Shown: one piece after another, positions 1-10,052 of the stretch | How positions within the stretch are numbered: the first letter of the stretch is position 1 | Layout of the letters: each line of letters begins with the position of its first letter | Virus record (IMG/VR): IMGVR_UViG_3300037245_002727 | Coordinates: 7,325 to 71,324 of that record | Strand: one strand, 5' to 3' | DNA: 64,000 nt | From: a virus | Program-made: the position numbers and the translations under genes | Notes under the pieces: generated by a model | Databases searched by the model: none | Seen by the model: only the letters and a program-made list of their open reading frames with translations | Told to the model about the DNA's origin: nothing

Positions 1-383
1 AAATCTTTAGATTTAGACTTATTATCATCTTTCTTATTTGTAGGCGAATCGCCTATGCAGGGTAGGCGAAAAATATTAGTAGTTATTTTCATGAATCTTT
101 TGCGACCATTGAAACCAACTATCTCGAGGACTTTTTTACTTTTAAGTCTGGCAATTGCTTTCGTAACCGATGTTTCATGTAAGCCTAATTTTTTTGAGAT
201 ATAGCTATTTGAAGCATAGCATATATTTTCTTTGTTTTGCTGAAGAGAATATATTAACGAAGCAACTAATGCTTCACCTGGCCTTATCTTTTCGGTTTGT
301 AGTAATTTGCATGGGACCATAATATAAAACAATTTTTCTTCTGGTTCATCAGATGTAAATTTTTCAGGTATCTCTAATTTCAT
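1..383 (-). CDS. HTH-domain phage replication protein (runs off the left edge)
   Basis: Not in the ORF track; translated by hand from ATG 383 after an AGGAGG SD: MKLEIPEKF...LIYSLQQNKENICYASNSYISKKLGLHETSVTKAIARLKSKKVLEI. This resembles the N-terminal wHTH of phage replication initiators. Confidence 0.6.
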   Translation of the reverse strand, partial: MKLEIPEKFTSDEPEEKLFYIMVPCKLLQTEKIRPGEALVASLIYSLQQNKENICYASNSYISKKLGLHETSVTKAIARLKSKKVLEIVGFNGRKRFMKITTNIFRLPCIGDSPTNKKDDNKSKSKD

Positions 384-391
384 CGAACCTC

Positions 392-1342
392 CTATAAATT
401 GTGGTTGAAGTTAATTGCTTGTCTTAATTCCAATATGTCTTGGGTAGTCATTTCACCGAGATCATTCGTTATGACATTGTTTAGTATCTCAGCATTCTGA
501 ACATGGTGTCTCATTAAGCGGTATAGTTCCAGGGCTTTTGTTTTTGACTTCGATCTTTTCGTTTTTCGACCGTTAATGTCTATTATATCATTGTCCATCA
601 TTATAAATAGATTGCGTATTTTCTTCTCTTTCAGGAGTAGTACTTGAGTTCTGGTAAAGGTAGTCCCAGAAGTACCTACACTACCATCACCAAATTTCCA
701 AACATCAAACGGCCCTTCGGAAACAAGACAATCTGTATAAGGTCGAACCGAATCAATGTTGTAGATCATTTCTTTTGGAGACAAAGGGACTGAGGTTTTT
801 CGAGGATGAAGGTATGGAAGCATTCTATCATCAATGGCTCGTGAAGTAAAAGAGTAAAGTATACGCCTATTATAATAAGGTATGATAATTCTAAATTTAT
901 ACTTGCCGACTGTAGACACGAATCGTAAGTCATATTTTCGAGTGAGTAAATGTGGATGGAAGCCACGCTTTTTGAGATACTCAGCATGAAGTACTGGTAT
1001 AGTTATTTGGGCTTCTGTAGGGAATAGATTTTTCCTATACCTTTTGGCAGCACCCTTTGGAGGTGGTAGTAATTTGAGATTAGCTACATCGAGATTCTTG
1101 AGTATTTTGGTGACTTGCTTCCGAGTGTAGTTAGTATACTCTTGAACTAAAGTAATGATAGAATGACCACCACACTTCCAACAAGTACATTTTAAATCTT
1201 CTACTCTCACTCCAAAATGATTAGTAGTATCTTCGCAGAAGATGCAATTCATACCTATCCATCCGGGTGCTATGTTTTTTCCACTTAGAGATATCTCAAC
1301 TCCAATGTCTTCTAAAAATTTGATTATATCCATTTCATCCAC
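392..1342 (-). CDS. DNA primase-like protein (Zn finger + TOPRIM)
   Basis: N-terminal CIFC..H..CWKC Zn-binding motif; TOPRIM motifs VSEGPFD and MMDND. Confidence 0.75.
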   Translation of the reverse strand: MDEMDIIKFLEDIGVEISLSGKNIAPGWIGMNCIFCEDTTNHFGVRVEDLKCTCWKCGGHSIITLVQEYTNYTRKQVTKILKNLDVANLKLLPPPKGAAKRYRKNLFPTEAQITIPVLHAEYLKKRGFHPHLLTRKYDLRFVSTVGKYKFRIIIPYYNRRILYSFTSRAIDDRMLPYLHPRKTSVPLSPKEMIYNIDSVRPYTDCLVSEGPFDVWKFGDGSVGTSGTTFTRTQVLLLKEKKIRNLFIMMDNDIIDINGRKTKRSKSKTKALELYRLMRHHVQNAEILNNVITNDLGEMTTQDILELRQAINFNHNL

Positions 1343-2766
1343 CCTTCCTGAATATAAACACTTTGCCTTGCTACACTGTGGCCAGCGAGGTATCTATAAG
1401 GGTCTAAGAAGTCCATGAGAGTTATCTTGGTTTTGCTACTAGTAACTCCAAGTCCTCTACCCATTGCTTGTAGTATTCTTTTCTTTTCCTTCATGGCTGC
1501 TGCGTAAATGACTACCTCCAGGTTCTGCATGGTGATACCTTCCATCCAAACTCTTGAGCATATAGTAATGAGTTCCCTTCCTGCTTTTATTTTATTTAAT
1601 CTCGCTTGCTTCATATCTTCATTCGTTTTTCCTTTCACGAATGGAATACGAATTCCTACATGCCGATATATATGATTTCTGATATTTTGTCCATGTTGTA
1701 TGTTCTCAATTATGATTAGAGTAGGATTATTGAATGCTAATGATAGTTTAACACGGTCGGCAATTAGCTTATGTCTTGACTCATTCTCGATTATGCCATA
1801 TTGATAGTAGTCCTTATAAGTCCGGCACTCATAGTTGATTTGCTTTTCATAAGGAACTACCGCCATTTCAACTCTGGGGGTAGCCACAATACCTTTACTC
1901 ATTGCTTCCTCTACAGATAGCTCTGCCACTATATCCCCAAGCATACCTTCATTGAATAACTCTTCTGCTTTTTCAGTTGGCAGGGTAGCAGTAAAGCCAT
2001 ATCTTCGAGGTGTAGTTATAGTTAAAAGTAGTTTGCCGTACATGGATCGTGGTCGGTTAACGTGATGTGCTTCATCTATCATAATGATATCGAAGACATG
2101 GGACAACTTATCTTTTGGAATTTTGGAGAGTGATTGGATAGTACATATCATGAGACACGAACTATCGGTATTGTCTATATAGAGGAGATCACTTTCAATT
2201 TCTTTGACGTTGCCAGGAGTATAGACAGTTGGAAGTTTTTGACTATATTTTGTGGCCTCTTGCCCTAATTGCTTGATAAGTTCTTTTGTATGAGCGAGTA
2301 GTAATATTCGTTTAGATGGGAATTGACTTGCTATACCAAGTTGAACAATTGTCTTGCCACTTCTGGTAGGCGCAATGATGCGACCGAAGTAGTTCTTTTT
2401 AGTGGCTTCAATTGCTTCAAGTTGATCAGGTCTAAAAGTAATTCCAGGAAGTATAGGCTCTCTTTCTACTGCTACCAAGTCAACTGTCTTCTTCATATCT
2501 TGTGCTTTGACTATAATACCTTCGGCTTTGCAGTACTTTAAGACACGCGGTAAAGAACCCATAAAGAAGTGTCCACCGGTCTTATCATTTCCGGTAATGA
2601 ATGGAGAGTATTGATTGCGAAGTACTCCTGACTTGCCTTTCCATCCTGCTTTGTGTTCCCAATATGTTTTATCGTATTGAAAAAGTTCTTTAATTTTTAA
2701 TCGAAGTGTTTTATTTATTTTGCATCTTAACGGGTTGTCTTTGAATATTTTATATCGTCTGTTCAT
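1324..2766 (-). CDS. SF2 DNA helicase (UvsW/ResIII-like)
   Basis: Q motif FRPDQ, Walker A APTRSGKT, DEAH box, motif III FTAT, motif VI QAMGRGL. Confidence 0.85.
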   Translation of the reverse strand: MNRRYKIFKDNPLRCKINKTLRLKIKELFQYDKTYWEHKAGWKGKSGVLRNQYSPFITGNDKTGGHFFMGSLPRVLKYCKAEGIIVKAQDMKKTVDLVAVEREPILPGITFRPDQLEAIEATKKNYFGRIIAPTRSGKTIVQLGIASQFPSKRILLLAHTKELIKQLGQEATKYSQKLPTVYTPGNVKEIESDLLYIDNTDSSCLMICTIQSLSKIPKDKLSHVFDIIMIDEAHHVNRPRSMYGKLLLTITTPRRYGFTATLPTEKAEELFNEGMLGDIVAELSVEEAMSKGIVATPRVEMAVVPYEKQINYECRTYKDYYQYGIIENESRHKLIADRVKLSLAFNNPTLIIIENIQHGQNIRNHIYRHVGIRIPFVKGKTNEDMKQARLNKIKAGRELITICSRVWMEGITMQNLEVVIYAAAMKEKKRILQAMGRGLGVTSSKTKITLMDFLDPYRYLAGHSVARQSVYIQEGWMKWI

Positions 2767-2832
2767 GCTGTTCTCCCCCTATGGATAGTGTGTTTGGCAG
2801 TCCCCGGTCCGACTAGTTATCTATATCTATAT

Positions 2833-2841
2833 ATTATAACA
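2833..2841 (-). promoter_or_regulatory. Extended -10 promoter for the helicase/primase operon
   Basis: TGTTATAAT on the minus strand, about 65 nt upstream of the helicase ATG. Confidence 0.5.
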
Positions 2842-2855
2842 CAAAAAAAAAGCAC

Positions 2856-2900
2856 AAAAAAAAGCGACCCAGAAAAATTAATTCCGAGTCGCTTTTTATT
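2856..2900 (-). terminator. Intrinsic terminator ending the cassette-array transcript
   Basis: AAAAAGCGAC...GTCGCTTTTT stem followed by a T run on the minus strand. Confidence 0.7.
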
Positions 2901-2914
2901 TTAAATCCTCCTCG

Positions 2915-3220
2915 TTAAAAATGAGACACCCACGTTTTCAACTCTTCCATCACATGGTTGACAATGAAAGTTGGCCACCTTTTTTCGAGAAAATATTTTA
3001 CACTATTTTTCGTAATCAAACCGGTTTCCGTAGTTATCAAGTGAAAATATTCTTTTGGAGTATCGAGAACTATTGCTATTATTTTCTTTGACTCATTGCA
3101 TAAGTCAGAATACTCTCGAAATTTTGCGACCTTTTCAAAAGGACTTTGTTCTGTAGATGGGATACTATTTTCGATTGTTACCTCTCCGTCGTTTGAGTTT
3201 GGCTGTTGGGGTTTTGGCAA
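2915..3220 (-). CDS. Hypothetical protein (start uncertain)
   Basis: ORF co-directional with the operon. Confidence 0.5.
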   Translation of the reverse strand: MPKPQQPNSNDGEVTIENSIPSTEQSPFEKVAKFREYSDLCNESKKIIAIVLDTPKEYFHLITTETGLITKNSVKYFLEKRWPTFIVNHVMEELKTWVSHF

Positions 3221-3626
3221 TTTTGACTCTCCTTCTTTTAAGTGGTTTCGATTTCTTTTTTCTCCGAACTTTAAGTCCTGATTGGTGTTTTTCTGTTTTC
3301 AACTTGAGTACTTCCGAAGTTTCGATATAGTACTTTTGAATTATCGCTTTTACTTCTTGCTCAAATTGTCTACAACTTTTACAAGGGTTCCAATCTTCGA
3401 GATTCTTTTCATTAAACCGTCTTTGAAGACAATTTAATATATGCAATCTTTGCCGGTTGATGTCACAATAAAAAGTAGTAACTGGGTTGAAGTATTGGCA
3501 GGTATCGGAGTCAATTGATATTTTAGACTTCGTTACTTTGCATTTTTTTAGAAGATCTTCACCGACTTTCCGGACAGGATTCAAAATTTTGGAATCCATG
3601 AAGTGATAGCAGTATAGACATTTCAT
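3165..3626 (-). CDS. Cys-rich hypothetical protein with a very basic C-terminus
   Basis: CLYC and CKSC motifs; C-terminal LKVRR/LKRRR repeats. Confidence 0.65.
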   Translation of the reverse strand: MKCLYCYHFMDSKILNPVRKVGEDLLKKCKVTKSKISIDSDTCQYFNPVTTFYCDINRQRLHILNCLQRRFNEKNLEDWNPCKSCRQFEQEVKAIIQKYYIETSEVLKLKTEKHQSGLKVRRKKKSKPLKRRRVKIAKTPTAKLKRRRGNNRK

Positions 3627-3670
3627 AAAGAACCTTTCTGATTTAAGTTAGCAGTATAACAGCCTATAAC

Positions 3671-4579
3671 CTATAAGTCAATTTTTCTTTTGAGTTCGAC
3701 ATTAGGTATCTTCTCAAGCTTTGCCATAATTCCCTCTAGCTTGCCGGAAATCTCATTTCGAAAGTCATCATTATTTTTCAGTCTGTCTATACTTACTTTC
3801 TTCATTTCCCGTCTAAGTCTGCCAACTATCATGGTTAGTTTTTTGTCGTCTACTTCGCCACGCCACAGATCATCCCACTTGTCTATAAAGCGAGAGATAG
3901 AACCGACAGACTTTCCATGTAGTTCGTCACCGTCATCTTGACATTTGCTGTGCAAGTTGTCTATACGCTTCAGTAAGTCATTCCCAATAACTGTCACTGT
4001 CATTTCTTCCATCTCGTCTAACATACCTTTAATCTTGGAGACCTGCATTTGGTATGCCTTGCTGTCAAATACTTCGAGTCCTTTTGAAGGTACTCCGAAG
4101 TAGAAGGGAGTCCATCGAATATAAAATCGTTGCCTGATTTCTTTTTTACTCGGATAGAGTTCAGGGTGATATTCGTTGGGATATTTTTTCTTGAACTTTG
4201 CCTTGAGAGAAGTAATTGCTTCAGCAAGTATTTCTACCCTCTCATAAAACATCGGCATATATTCATTATTCAAGGTCTCTTCTACTTCGAGTATTTTATC
4301 TTGTGGGATTCGAAAAACAGAGTCAATAGGGAAGGGAAGTGAATTGTTTTTGACAAAGTACTTCGCTTTATTTTGTACTGTCAAGATATCATCTATCAGA
4401 GTTTTATCATGAAGTAAATCTTGGGTAGCTCTCACAATTTCCTTTGGAACTTTCTTGCCAAGTTTATTCTTATCAAACTTCGCGGAAGCAGTCCAAAAAC
4501 CTCTCTGAAAGTTAATCAGTACGCACTCATTTAGTTTGTCAATCCTTTGAGTCAAGTCAATGCTCGTATTTTTAGCCAT
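3671..4579 (-). CDS. DUF3150-like protein
   Basis: Length about 300 aa; the FW..SAK, SLPF...F.IP and YPS..EIR.RF...W segments resemble DUF3150 (recognised by eye). Confidence 0.55.
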   Translation of the reverse strand: MAKNTSIDLTQRIDKLNECVLINFQRGFWTASAKFDKNKLGKKVPKEIVRATQDLLHDKTLIDDILTVQNKAKYFVKNNSLPFPIDSVFRIPQDKILEVEETLNNEYMPMFYERVEILAEAITSLKAKFKKKYPNEYHPELYPSKKEIRQRFYIRWTPFYFGVPSKGLEVFDSKAYQMQVSKIKGMLDEMEEMTVTVIGNDLLKRIDNLHSKCQDDGDELHGKSVGSISRFIDKWDDLWRGEVDDKKLTMIVGRLRREMKKVSIDRLKNNDDFRNEISGKLEGIMAKLEKIPNVELKRKIDL

Positions 4580-4680
4580 GATATAAATCCTCCTATTAGT
4601 TTAGATAACTCATAATTGAGATACCTGCGAAAGGTAGTCAAACCAAATTGCTTCAGCTTGACTACCCTGCCCGGTTTCAA

Positions 4681-5169
4681 TTAGTAGTCGAGTCTGTCCA
4701 CCATGTCTTCATACATGGTTATCATCTCGGAGGTAGCACACTCGAGAGAATTGTCGTCATCTACTTCTTCCATGAAATTCATAAAAGCTTTTTCAAATGC
4801 TTTGACTTTCTTTTTCGAAGGTTTTTTGTCGGGTTTCCTTCTCTTGCTATCCGGTTCGAATTCTTCACTATCGTGGTCATCATTCTCATCCTCTTCAGAG
4901 CATTCTCGAATCTCTTTTGAGACAACTTCTAATAATGTTGGATGCAGTTTGTTTCGACTTTCTGCCATGGAATCCTGTAAGATGGTTGATAGTACTTCTT
5001 GAGTTAACTCGATACAGCCATGTTTGCTTATAGTCTCGGATTCCACAAGAATGTCATATAGAGTAGTAAAGCTTTCTCTCAAGTAATGAGCTGTTTCCTT
5101 AACGAGGGTTTCAAGTGCTTTACTTTCCCATACTTCGATTAAAGCCACTTTTCTTTTCATCTTCGCCAT
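4681..5169 (-). CDS. Acidic hypothetical protein (cassette)
   Basis: GGAGGATT SD; the stop codon forms the end of the repeat. Confidence 0.75.
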   Translation of the reverse strand: MAKMKRKVALIEVWESKALETLVKETAHYLRESFTTLYDILVESETISKHGCIELTQEVLSTILQDSMAESRNKLHPTLLEVVSKEIRECSEEDENDDHDSEEFEPDSKRRKPDKKPSKKKVKAFEKAFMNFMEEVDDDNSLECATSEMITMYEDMVDRLDY

Positions 5170-5265
5170 GATTTAATCCTCCAATGTAGTTATAGGTAAA
5201 TCATAATTGAGATACCTGCTAGGTAGACAAACGAGATGCTTGTCTACCCTGCCCGGTTTCAATCA

Positions 5266-6237
5266 TTATCGGCCACGCCGACGGACTTTCAACTTGGTAG
5301 TTGTTTTCTTTGAATGTCTTCGAATCGAGAGACTTGATTGCTTCTCTTTTCGTCTCGTTTTCAATTTGACTTCAGCATCACCGACGGGACCAACAAAATT
5401 TTCATAGATGCTTGTAATAGCAGTCATCCATGTTTTTGTTGGTTTGGCTTTCCCGTCCCACTTCTCCGGAATTTTAATGTATTCCGTCAAAAGTTCTTCA
5501 GCACTTTCGGCTGACATGTTATCAGCTATGACGTACCGAGAAGGCTCGTGGATGATCGAATACTTTCCATTTGACTTCGATACTACAAAGAAGTCCGGTC
5601 TACCAGACACAATGTCCTGGACTTGCTCAGAGACCATTTCAGAGAGTACTTTGATGAACTTCTTAGTCATTAAAGCAAATCGAACTTTCAAGATGGTGTT
5701 AACATCTTCTCTCGTGAGGAAGTCCTCTTTTGAGTCAAGCGGTTTTGGCTTGTTAATGTCTAACTTTGGTTTCGGCTCAAGTGCTTTCTTATCATCCACT
5801 TGCTGGGGAGTAGTCTTCTTTTGAAGTCCAGCTTTGTCATGGATCTTTTTGATGAAAGCTTTCTCTTCGGCAGCTGTTTTCTCCGGTGGTTTTTTCTTCA
5901 CGACGAATGCTTTCCTGTCAGCCGCTTTGACTTCCAAAACTAAGTCTTTAATAACTCTTCGATCCCAACATTTACAGCAAGTAACTTCCGTTGGATCTTT
6001 CCAAATGCCAGGTTCAAGAAGTACTTTCTTATTGCAAAGCATTGATCCATCGGCAGTCACAGCGTGAACCACTGAACCAATAACGCGACTATTGTAACCT
6101 ATAATCCAGTCACTTGATTTGACTGCTTTGGGTGTTGTTTCCGGCGTTTTGGTAGAGGGTTTCTCTTGACTACCTTTCTGCTGCTTTGCTCTGGCGGCAT
6201 TGGCTTCGGCTTTTTTTTGCTTATTACTTTTTGACAT
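5266..6237 (-). CDS. Lys-rich hypothetical protein (cassette)
   Basis: SD; possible Zn site H..C..CCKC; basic C-terminal tag. Confidence 0.75.
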   Translation of the reverse strand: MSKSNKQKKAEANAARAKQQKGSQEKPSTKTPETTPKAVKSSDWIIGYNSRVIGSVVHAVTADGSMLCNKKVLLEPGIWKDPTEVTCCKCWDRRVIKDLVLEVKAADRKAFVVKKKPPEKTAAEEKAFIKKIHDKAGLQKKTTPQQVDDKKALEPKPKLDINKPKPLDSKEDFLTREDVNTILKVRFALMTKKFIKVLSEMVSEQVQDIVSGRPDFFVVSKSNGKYSIIHEPSRYVIADNMSAESAEELLTEYIKIPEKWDGKAKPTKTWMTAITSIYENFVGPVGDAEVKLKTRRKEKQSSLSIRRHSKKTTTKLKVRRRGR

Positions 6238-6332
6238 TTTTCAAATCCTCCTATGTTAGATAACTCATAATTGAGATACCTGCTATAGGTAGTCAAACTG
6301 TCTTAAAGCTTGACTACCCTGCCCGGTTTCAA

Positions 6333-6512
6333 TCATTTTACTTCTTTTCCTGATAAGGCTGCATGGTATGCTTCCTTTGTGCTCATTTTGATTGGAGGTT
6401 TCGGCTTGTACACTGCTGAATATATTATGTGCAATGGTATTGTAATAAATAAACCGAAGAAGCCAAACAAAAAAGCAAAAAAATGTAATGTAATAAATAT
6501 GAGATGACCCAT
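6333..6512 (-). CDS. Small membrane protein (cassette)
   Basis: Likely start is MGHLIF after GGAGG; hydrophobic N-terminal half. Confidence 0.65.
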   Translation of the reverse strand: MGHLIFITLHFFAFLFGFFGLFITIPLHIIYSAVYKPKPPIKMSTKEAYHAALSGKEVK

Positions 6513-6608
6513 AATAAACCTCCATGTAGTTATAGGTACTTCATAATTGAGATACCTGCGGAAGGTAGTCAAACTGTCTTAAAGCTTGACTACCCTGCCC
6601 GGTTTCAA

Positions 6609-6797
6609 TTATACATTGTCAAATTGAGATTTGTAATACTTTTCATAGTGCTTTCTTGACATTGTGAGATAACATGTTTCGTGTGTTTTCAAGTCAGTAA
6701 TCGGCACTATTACCTTGACTGGTATACCTGCTTCACAAAAAGGACATTCTTTTGTTGGGCAGCCAATCATTTTCGATGGACTTTTTTTGTCTTCCAA
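6609..6797 (-). CDS. Small Cys-containing protein
   Basis: SD GGAGGT with a TTG start; CP..CPFC motif. Confidence 0.6.
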   Translation of the reverse strand: MEDKKSPSKMIGCPTKECPFCEAGIPVKVIVPITDLKTHETCYLTMSRKHYEKYYKSQFDNV

Positions 6798-6805
6798 GTT
6801 ACCTC

Positions 6806-8230
6806 CTAAACATCTATACGACGTTTCTTTAATTTAACTTTCTCTCCAATCATATCATCACTTTTAATAGTCCGTCCCTCTGACCATTTTTCCAGTCCCA
6901 CGATTTCCTCTTTCATAGTAGTGTATAGAGGCAACACGAATTTGCTTGCTTCTATAAGAGTTGAACCTCTCATTTCAGCATTGTGGCAGAGAGTTTCAAT
7001 TTCGCTACCCGACCAATGATCTGTTTTCGGAATGACTTTACATTGGTTGGGAGTCAATTGGAACTTGTCTATATAGTGATTCATGATCTTCTTCCGAACC
7101 TTTTCATTGGGTAGTCCGATATAAATCGGTGCGGTGTCCCAGCGGCCTGCTCGTAAGTACTCTGGAGGCAAACCACGGAAGGTGTTACAAGTACCACCGA
7201 TGTAGCATCCAGGCGGTCTATTCTGAAAGAACTCTAAGAATTGGCCGATTGCTCTGCTAGTTACTCCACTATCCATAGAACTACTTCCGCCGACTCCGGC
7301 AAATTGCTTTTCCATTTCATCGAAGACGAAATAACTATCACCCAATGACCATGCAAGGTCGATAAGTGCTTTGACGTTTTTGTCAGTTTCGCCATGATAC
7401 TTTGAGAATAGCTGACCTGTATTAATCATTAGAGTCAATTTTTTGGAAGCATATGCAAATGACTTCACCAACATTGTTTTACCACAGCCTGGAGGTCCGA
7501 TGAATAGTACACCTTTCGCATTGGGATTGTGAATTGTAGACATAACAAAATCTCTTGGAATGTCATAACCAATAATGTCTTCAGGTTTGACGGTTGGTTC
7601 GAGTACTGTAGCCAATCCAGAATTTTTAATTGCTTGACTTCTATAATCGTTTATCACTTTAATGTCAAACCTTTTCTCTTTTACAAGCGATAAATTATAG
7701 ACATTTTGCAATTCCCTTTTTGGCAAGCCTTTTGAGGCATTAACAATTTGCTTAAGGTCTTTGCCTTTCGGCATAAATTCTTTAGCCGGTGATGAATGCT
7801 CGATTATTTCCTGGATTTCTTCACTATCTGGAAGTTTTAACTCTATCATAGTGAAGTCATTTTTTAACTCAGCAGGTATTTTCTCGACAGGCGCTACCAC
7901 TACAATGGCTTTGCCTTCATTTGCCCAAACAGAAAATGAATCCTGTATTGTTTGGATAACCGGTGGCTTGTCTATAAACCAATGAAAGTTATACAGGAAT
8001 TTTACTGCTCGACCTTGAGTACTAGTTAACTCATTCAAAGGTTGTAATCCAGGCATTGGTCCAGCAGAGTCTAAACAATTCCAAGAGGTAACTTGGGCTT
8101 TACTACCATCTTTGAATTCAAAGTTTTCGATTGCTTCCTGAACACTCGTCTTCACTCGATCTGCTTCGGAAGTATTAATCCAGTAGCAAGGGAAGCCAGC
8201 TCGAAGATGGTCGATAAGTTGCTGACACAT
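6806..8230 (-). CDS. AAA+ ATPase, Ycf46/SpoVK-like
   Basis: Walker A GPPGCGKT, Walker B FVFDEMEK, SRH LPPEYLRAGRWD, SGSEIE lid; degenerate N-terminal AAA domain typical of Ycf46. Confidence 0.85.
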   Translation of the reverse strand: MCQQLIDHLRAGFPCYWINTSEADRVKTSVQEAIENFEFKDGSKAQVTSWNCLDSAGPMPGLQPLNELTSTQGRAVKFLYNFHWFIDKPPVIQTIQDSFSVWANEGKAIVVVAPVEKIPAELKNDFTMIELKLPDSEEIQEIIEHSSPAKEFMPKGKDLKQIVNASKGLPKRELQNVYNLSLVKEKRFDIKVINDYRSQAIKNSGLATVLEPTVKPEDIIGYDIPRDFVMSTIHNPNAKGVLFIGPPGCGKTMLVKSFAYASKKLTLMINTGQLFSKYHGETDKNVKALIDLAWSLGDSYFVFDEMEKQFAGVGGSSSMDSGVTSRAIGQFLEFFQNRPPGCYIGGTCNTFRGLPPEYLRAGRWDTAPIYIGLPNEKVRKKIMNHYIDKFQLTPNQCKVIPKTDHWSGSEIETLCHNAEMRGSTLIEASKFVLPLYTTMKEEIVGLEKWSEGRTIKSDDMIGEKVKLKKRRIDV

Positions 8231-8326
8231 AATAAATCCTCCTATTGTATAGGTAAATCATAATTGAGATACCTGCGGAAAGTAGTCAAACTTAACTAAT
8301 TGCTTGACTACCCTGCCCGGTTTCAA

Positions 8327-8578
8327 TCAAAAGGGTGATAAAAAGGGAAGGTAGATAAAATTTTCGCTACCAAGATATTTTCGATATTCCTGTAATTCTT
8401 TCATGGCTTGCTTATAGTTAAATCTATCAACAAGATATGGTGTTGGAGTTTCCTCTTCTTGGACTAAGACAAGAAAATGTTTATCTTTATCGAAGTCAAG
8501 AACAGAATCCATTTCCCGAAATCCATGAAATGACTTCTCTTCTTCTTTCCTTCTAACAACGGTTTCTTTCAATTCCAT
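8327..8578 (-). CDS. Hypothetical protein (cassette)
   Basis: SD leader; the stop lies in the repeat end. Confidence 0.7.
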   Translation of the reverse strand: MELKETVVRRKEEEKSFHGFREMDSVLDFDKDKHFLVLVQEEETPTPYLVDRFNYKQAMKELQEYRKYLGSENFIYLPFLSPF

Positions 8579-8670
8579 TTTTAATCCTCCTATTTGGTAG
8601 GTACTTCATAATTGAGATACCTGCTGAAGGTAGACAATCCTTTCAGATTGCCTACCCTGCCCGGTTTCAA

Positions 8671-9051
8671 TTAATCGTCATACATCAATACCAGTTTAAC
8701 ATCACCGTTTGGGAGTGTTACTTCTGAGTAGTCGGTAACTTCCATCCAATCAATTGCTTGGGTGACTTCTTCTTTCCAGTAACCTTGAATGCATTTGGAT
8801 AAAGTTTCCATACTCAGTTGGCCGTTTTTAGCGCCCCAATGGTCATATTTTACATCACCTTCATTTGTCACTGCGATTGGGTATTTCCAATCGGGTAGCA
8901 GACAAGAAGCAATACAAGGGACTTTGTTACTACCATATTGGTCGATAAGATGCTTGCCTGTCTGGATTTGAGTAGCTCCAATGTCTTTACAAGTTTTCAG
9001 AAAGAGGAGAGCATTCTTGATATTCGCTTCATAAGTATAGATATGAGACAT
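8671..9051 (-). CDS. DUF1257 (Ycf35)-like protein
   Basis: MSH...IKN N-terminus, YD.WG motif and C-terminal L.NG.VKL are typical of DUF1257. Confidence 0.6.
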   Translation of the reverse strand: MSHIYTYEANIKNALLFLKTCKDIGATQIQTGKHLIDQYGSNKVPCIASCLLPDWKYPIAVTNEGDVKYDHWGAKNGQLSMETLSKCIQGYWKEEVTQAIDWMEVTDYSEVTLPNGDVKLVLMYDD

Positions 9052-9245
9052 TATTCGAATCCTTTCGTTTTAAAATGTTCAACGATAGAAGTATGGTTTA
9101 CGACTGCTTTCGCCGCTTCTATCATCACTTCGAATGAATCAGCTTCCGGAGTACACTTTGAAAGTATTTTAACTAGTCTTGCACATTTTTGACCATAGGC
9201 TGATTCGTTTATTAACTGTTCGAATATTTTCGTTCTTTTGGACAC
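9051..9245 (-). CDS. Hypothetical protein
   Basis: SD AGGAG; stop/start coupled to the next gene. Confidence 0.55.
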   Translation of the reverse strand: MSKRTKIFEQLINESAYGQKCARLVKILSKCTPEADSFEVMIEAAKAVVNHTSIVEHFKTKGFE

Positions 9246-9267
9246 TTTTATATCTCCTAGTTAATAG

Positions 9268-9468
9268 TTATCCACACCACCCAGAAGGCAACCCGTTTGA
9301 AATGTTATCTTCTTCTTGGTAGTACTCGTCTTTTACTTCACTCTCGACAGGTTCACCAAAAAGATCATCCAAAAAGGCTGTCTTTTGTAGACATGCGGCA
9401 CCTTTGAAGTCAAATGCTTCTCTCTTAATTTTACCATCTTTGGTAATTGTTATTTCGACTCTTGGCAT
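9268..9468 (-). CDS. DUF2997-like protein
   Basis: VEITI..DG.I......F.G..C...T..L...G.......EYY pattern. Confidence 0.65.
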   Translation of the reverse strand: MPRVEITITKDGKIKREAFDFKGAACLQKTAFLDDLFGEPVESEVKDEYYQEEDNISNGLPSGWCG

Positions 9469-9559
9469 GAAATCCTCCTATATAGTATTAGGTAACTCAT
9501 AATTGAGATACCTGCGGAAGGTAGTCAAACATAAGCTTGACTACCCTGCCCGGTTTCAA

Positions 9560-9739
9560 TTATTCATTTAGTTTTTCTTTCGGGATTATAAGTTCGATGG
9601 TGCCATTTTCCCATTCGCGAGATATTATGTCGCGAGTAGTTTCGTCTAAAATAGCTACCTCATTAATCCAGATTAGAAAAACTTTTCCAATGAGACCTTC
9701 CTTTTCCGCTGCTTTGTATGGAATTGAAATTGATTTCAT
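9560..9739 (-). CDS. Hypothetical 59-aa protein (not in ORF track)
   Basis: Hand translation MKSISIPYKAAEKEG...EKLNE*; SD AGGAG; the TAA forms the repeat end. Confidence 0.6.
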   Translation of the reverse strand: MKSISIPYKAAEKEGLIGKVFLIWINEVAILDETTRDIISREWENGTIELIIPKEKLNE

Positions 9740-9748
9740 AATAGGCTC

Positions 9749-9961
9749 CTAGTAAATCGGTTTGCCTTGTCTCGCGACGTCTCTTTGCATTGCTTTCATA
9801 TCTTGCTTGATTGTAATTTGCCGTTTATGATGGGTGAAGCAGTATTTCGCTTCTGGTACTTTAGCAAGCAAGTTTAGCTTGAGACCTTTATTACAAATGA
9901 GACAAAAACGTTTTGTCGATACTTCGCGAAAATTAAACGGTTTTCTGGAAGTTGCTGACAT
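9749..9961 (-). CDS. Small Zn-finger-like protein (cassette)
   Basis: Likely start MSATSRK after the SD; CLIC..CFTH. Confidence 0.6.
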   Translation of the reverse strand: MSATSRKPFNFREVSTKRFCLICNKGLKLNLLAKVPEAKYCFTHHKRQITIKQDMKAMQRDVARQGKPIY

Positions 9962-10052
9962 AATAAATCCTCCTATATCTGGTAACTCATAATTGAGATA
10001 CCTGCCAGATAGACAAGTCATATAGACCATTGTCTATCCTGCCCGGTTTCAA

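Noticed and set aside
364-375. GAGATACCTG match to the repeat core at the start of the HTH gene
   Set aside because: Only 10 bp, in the opposite orientation and within coding sequence; probably chance.
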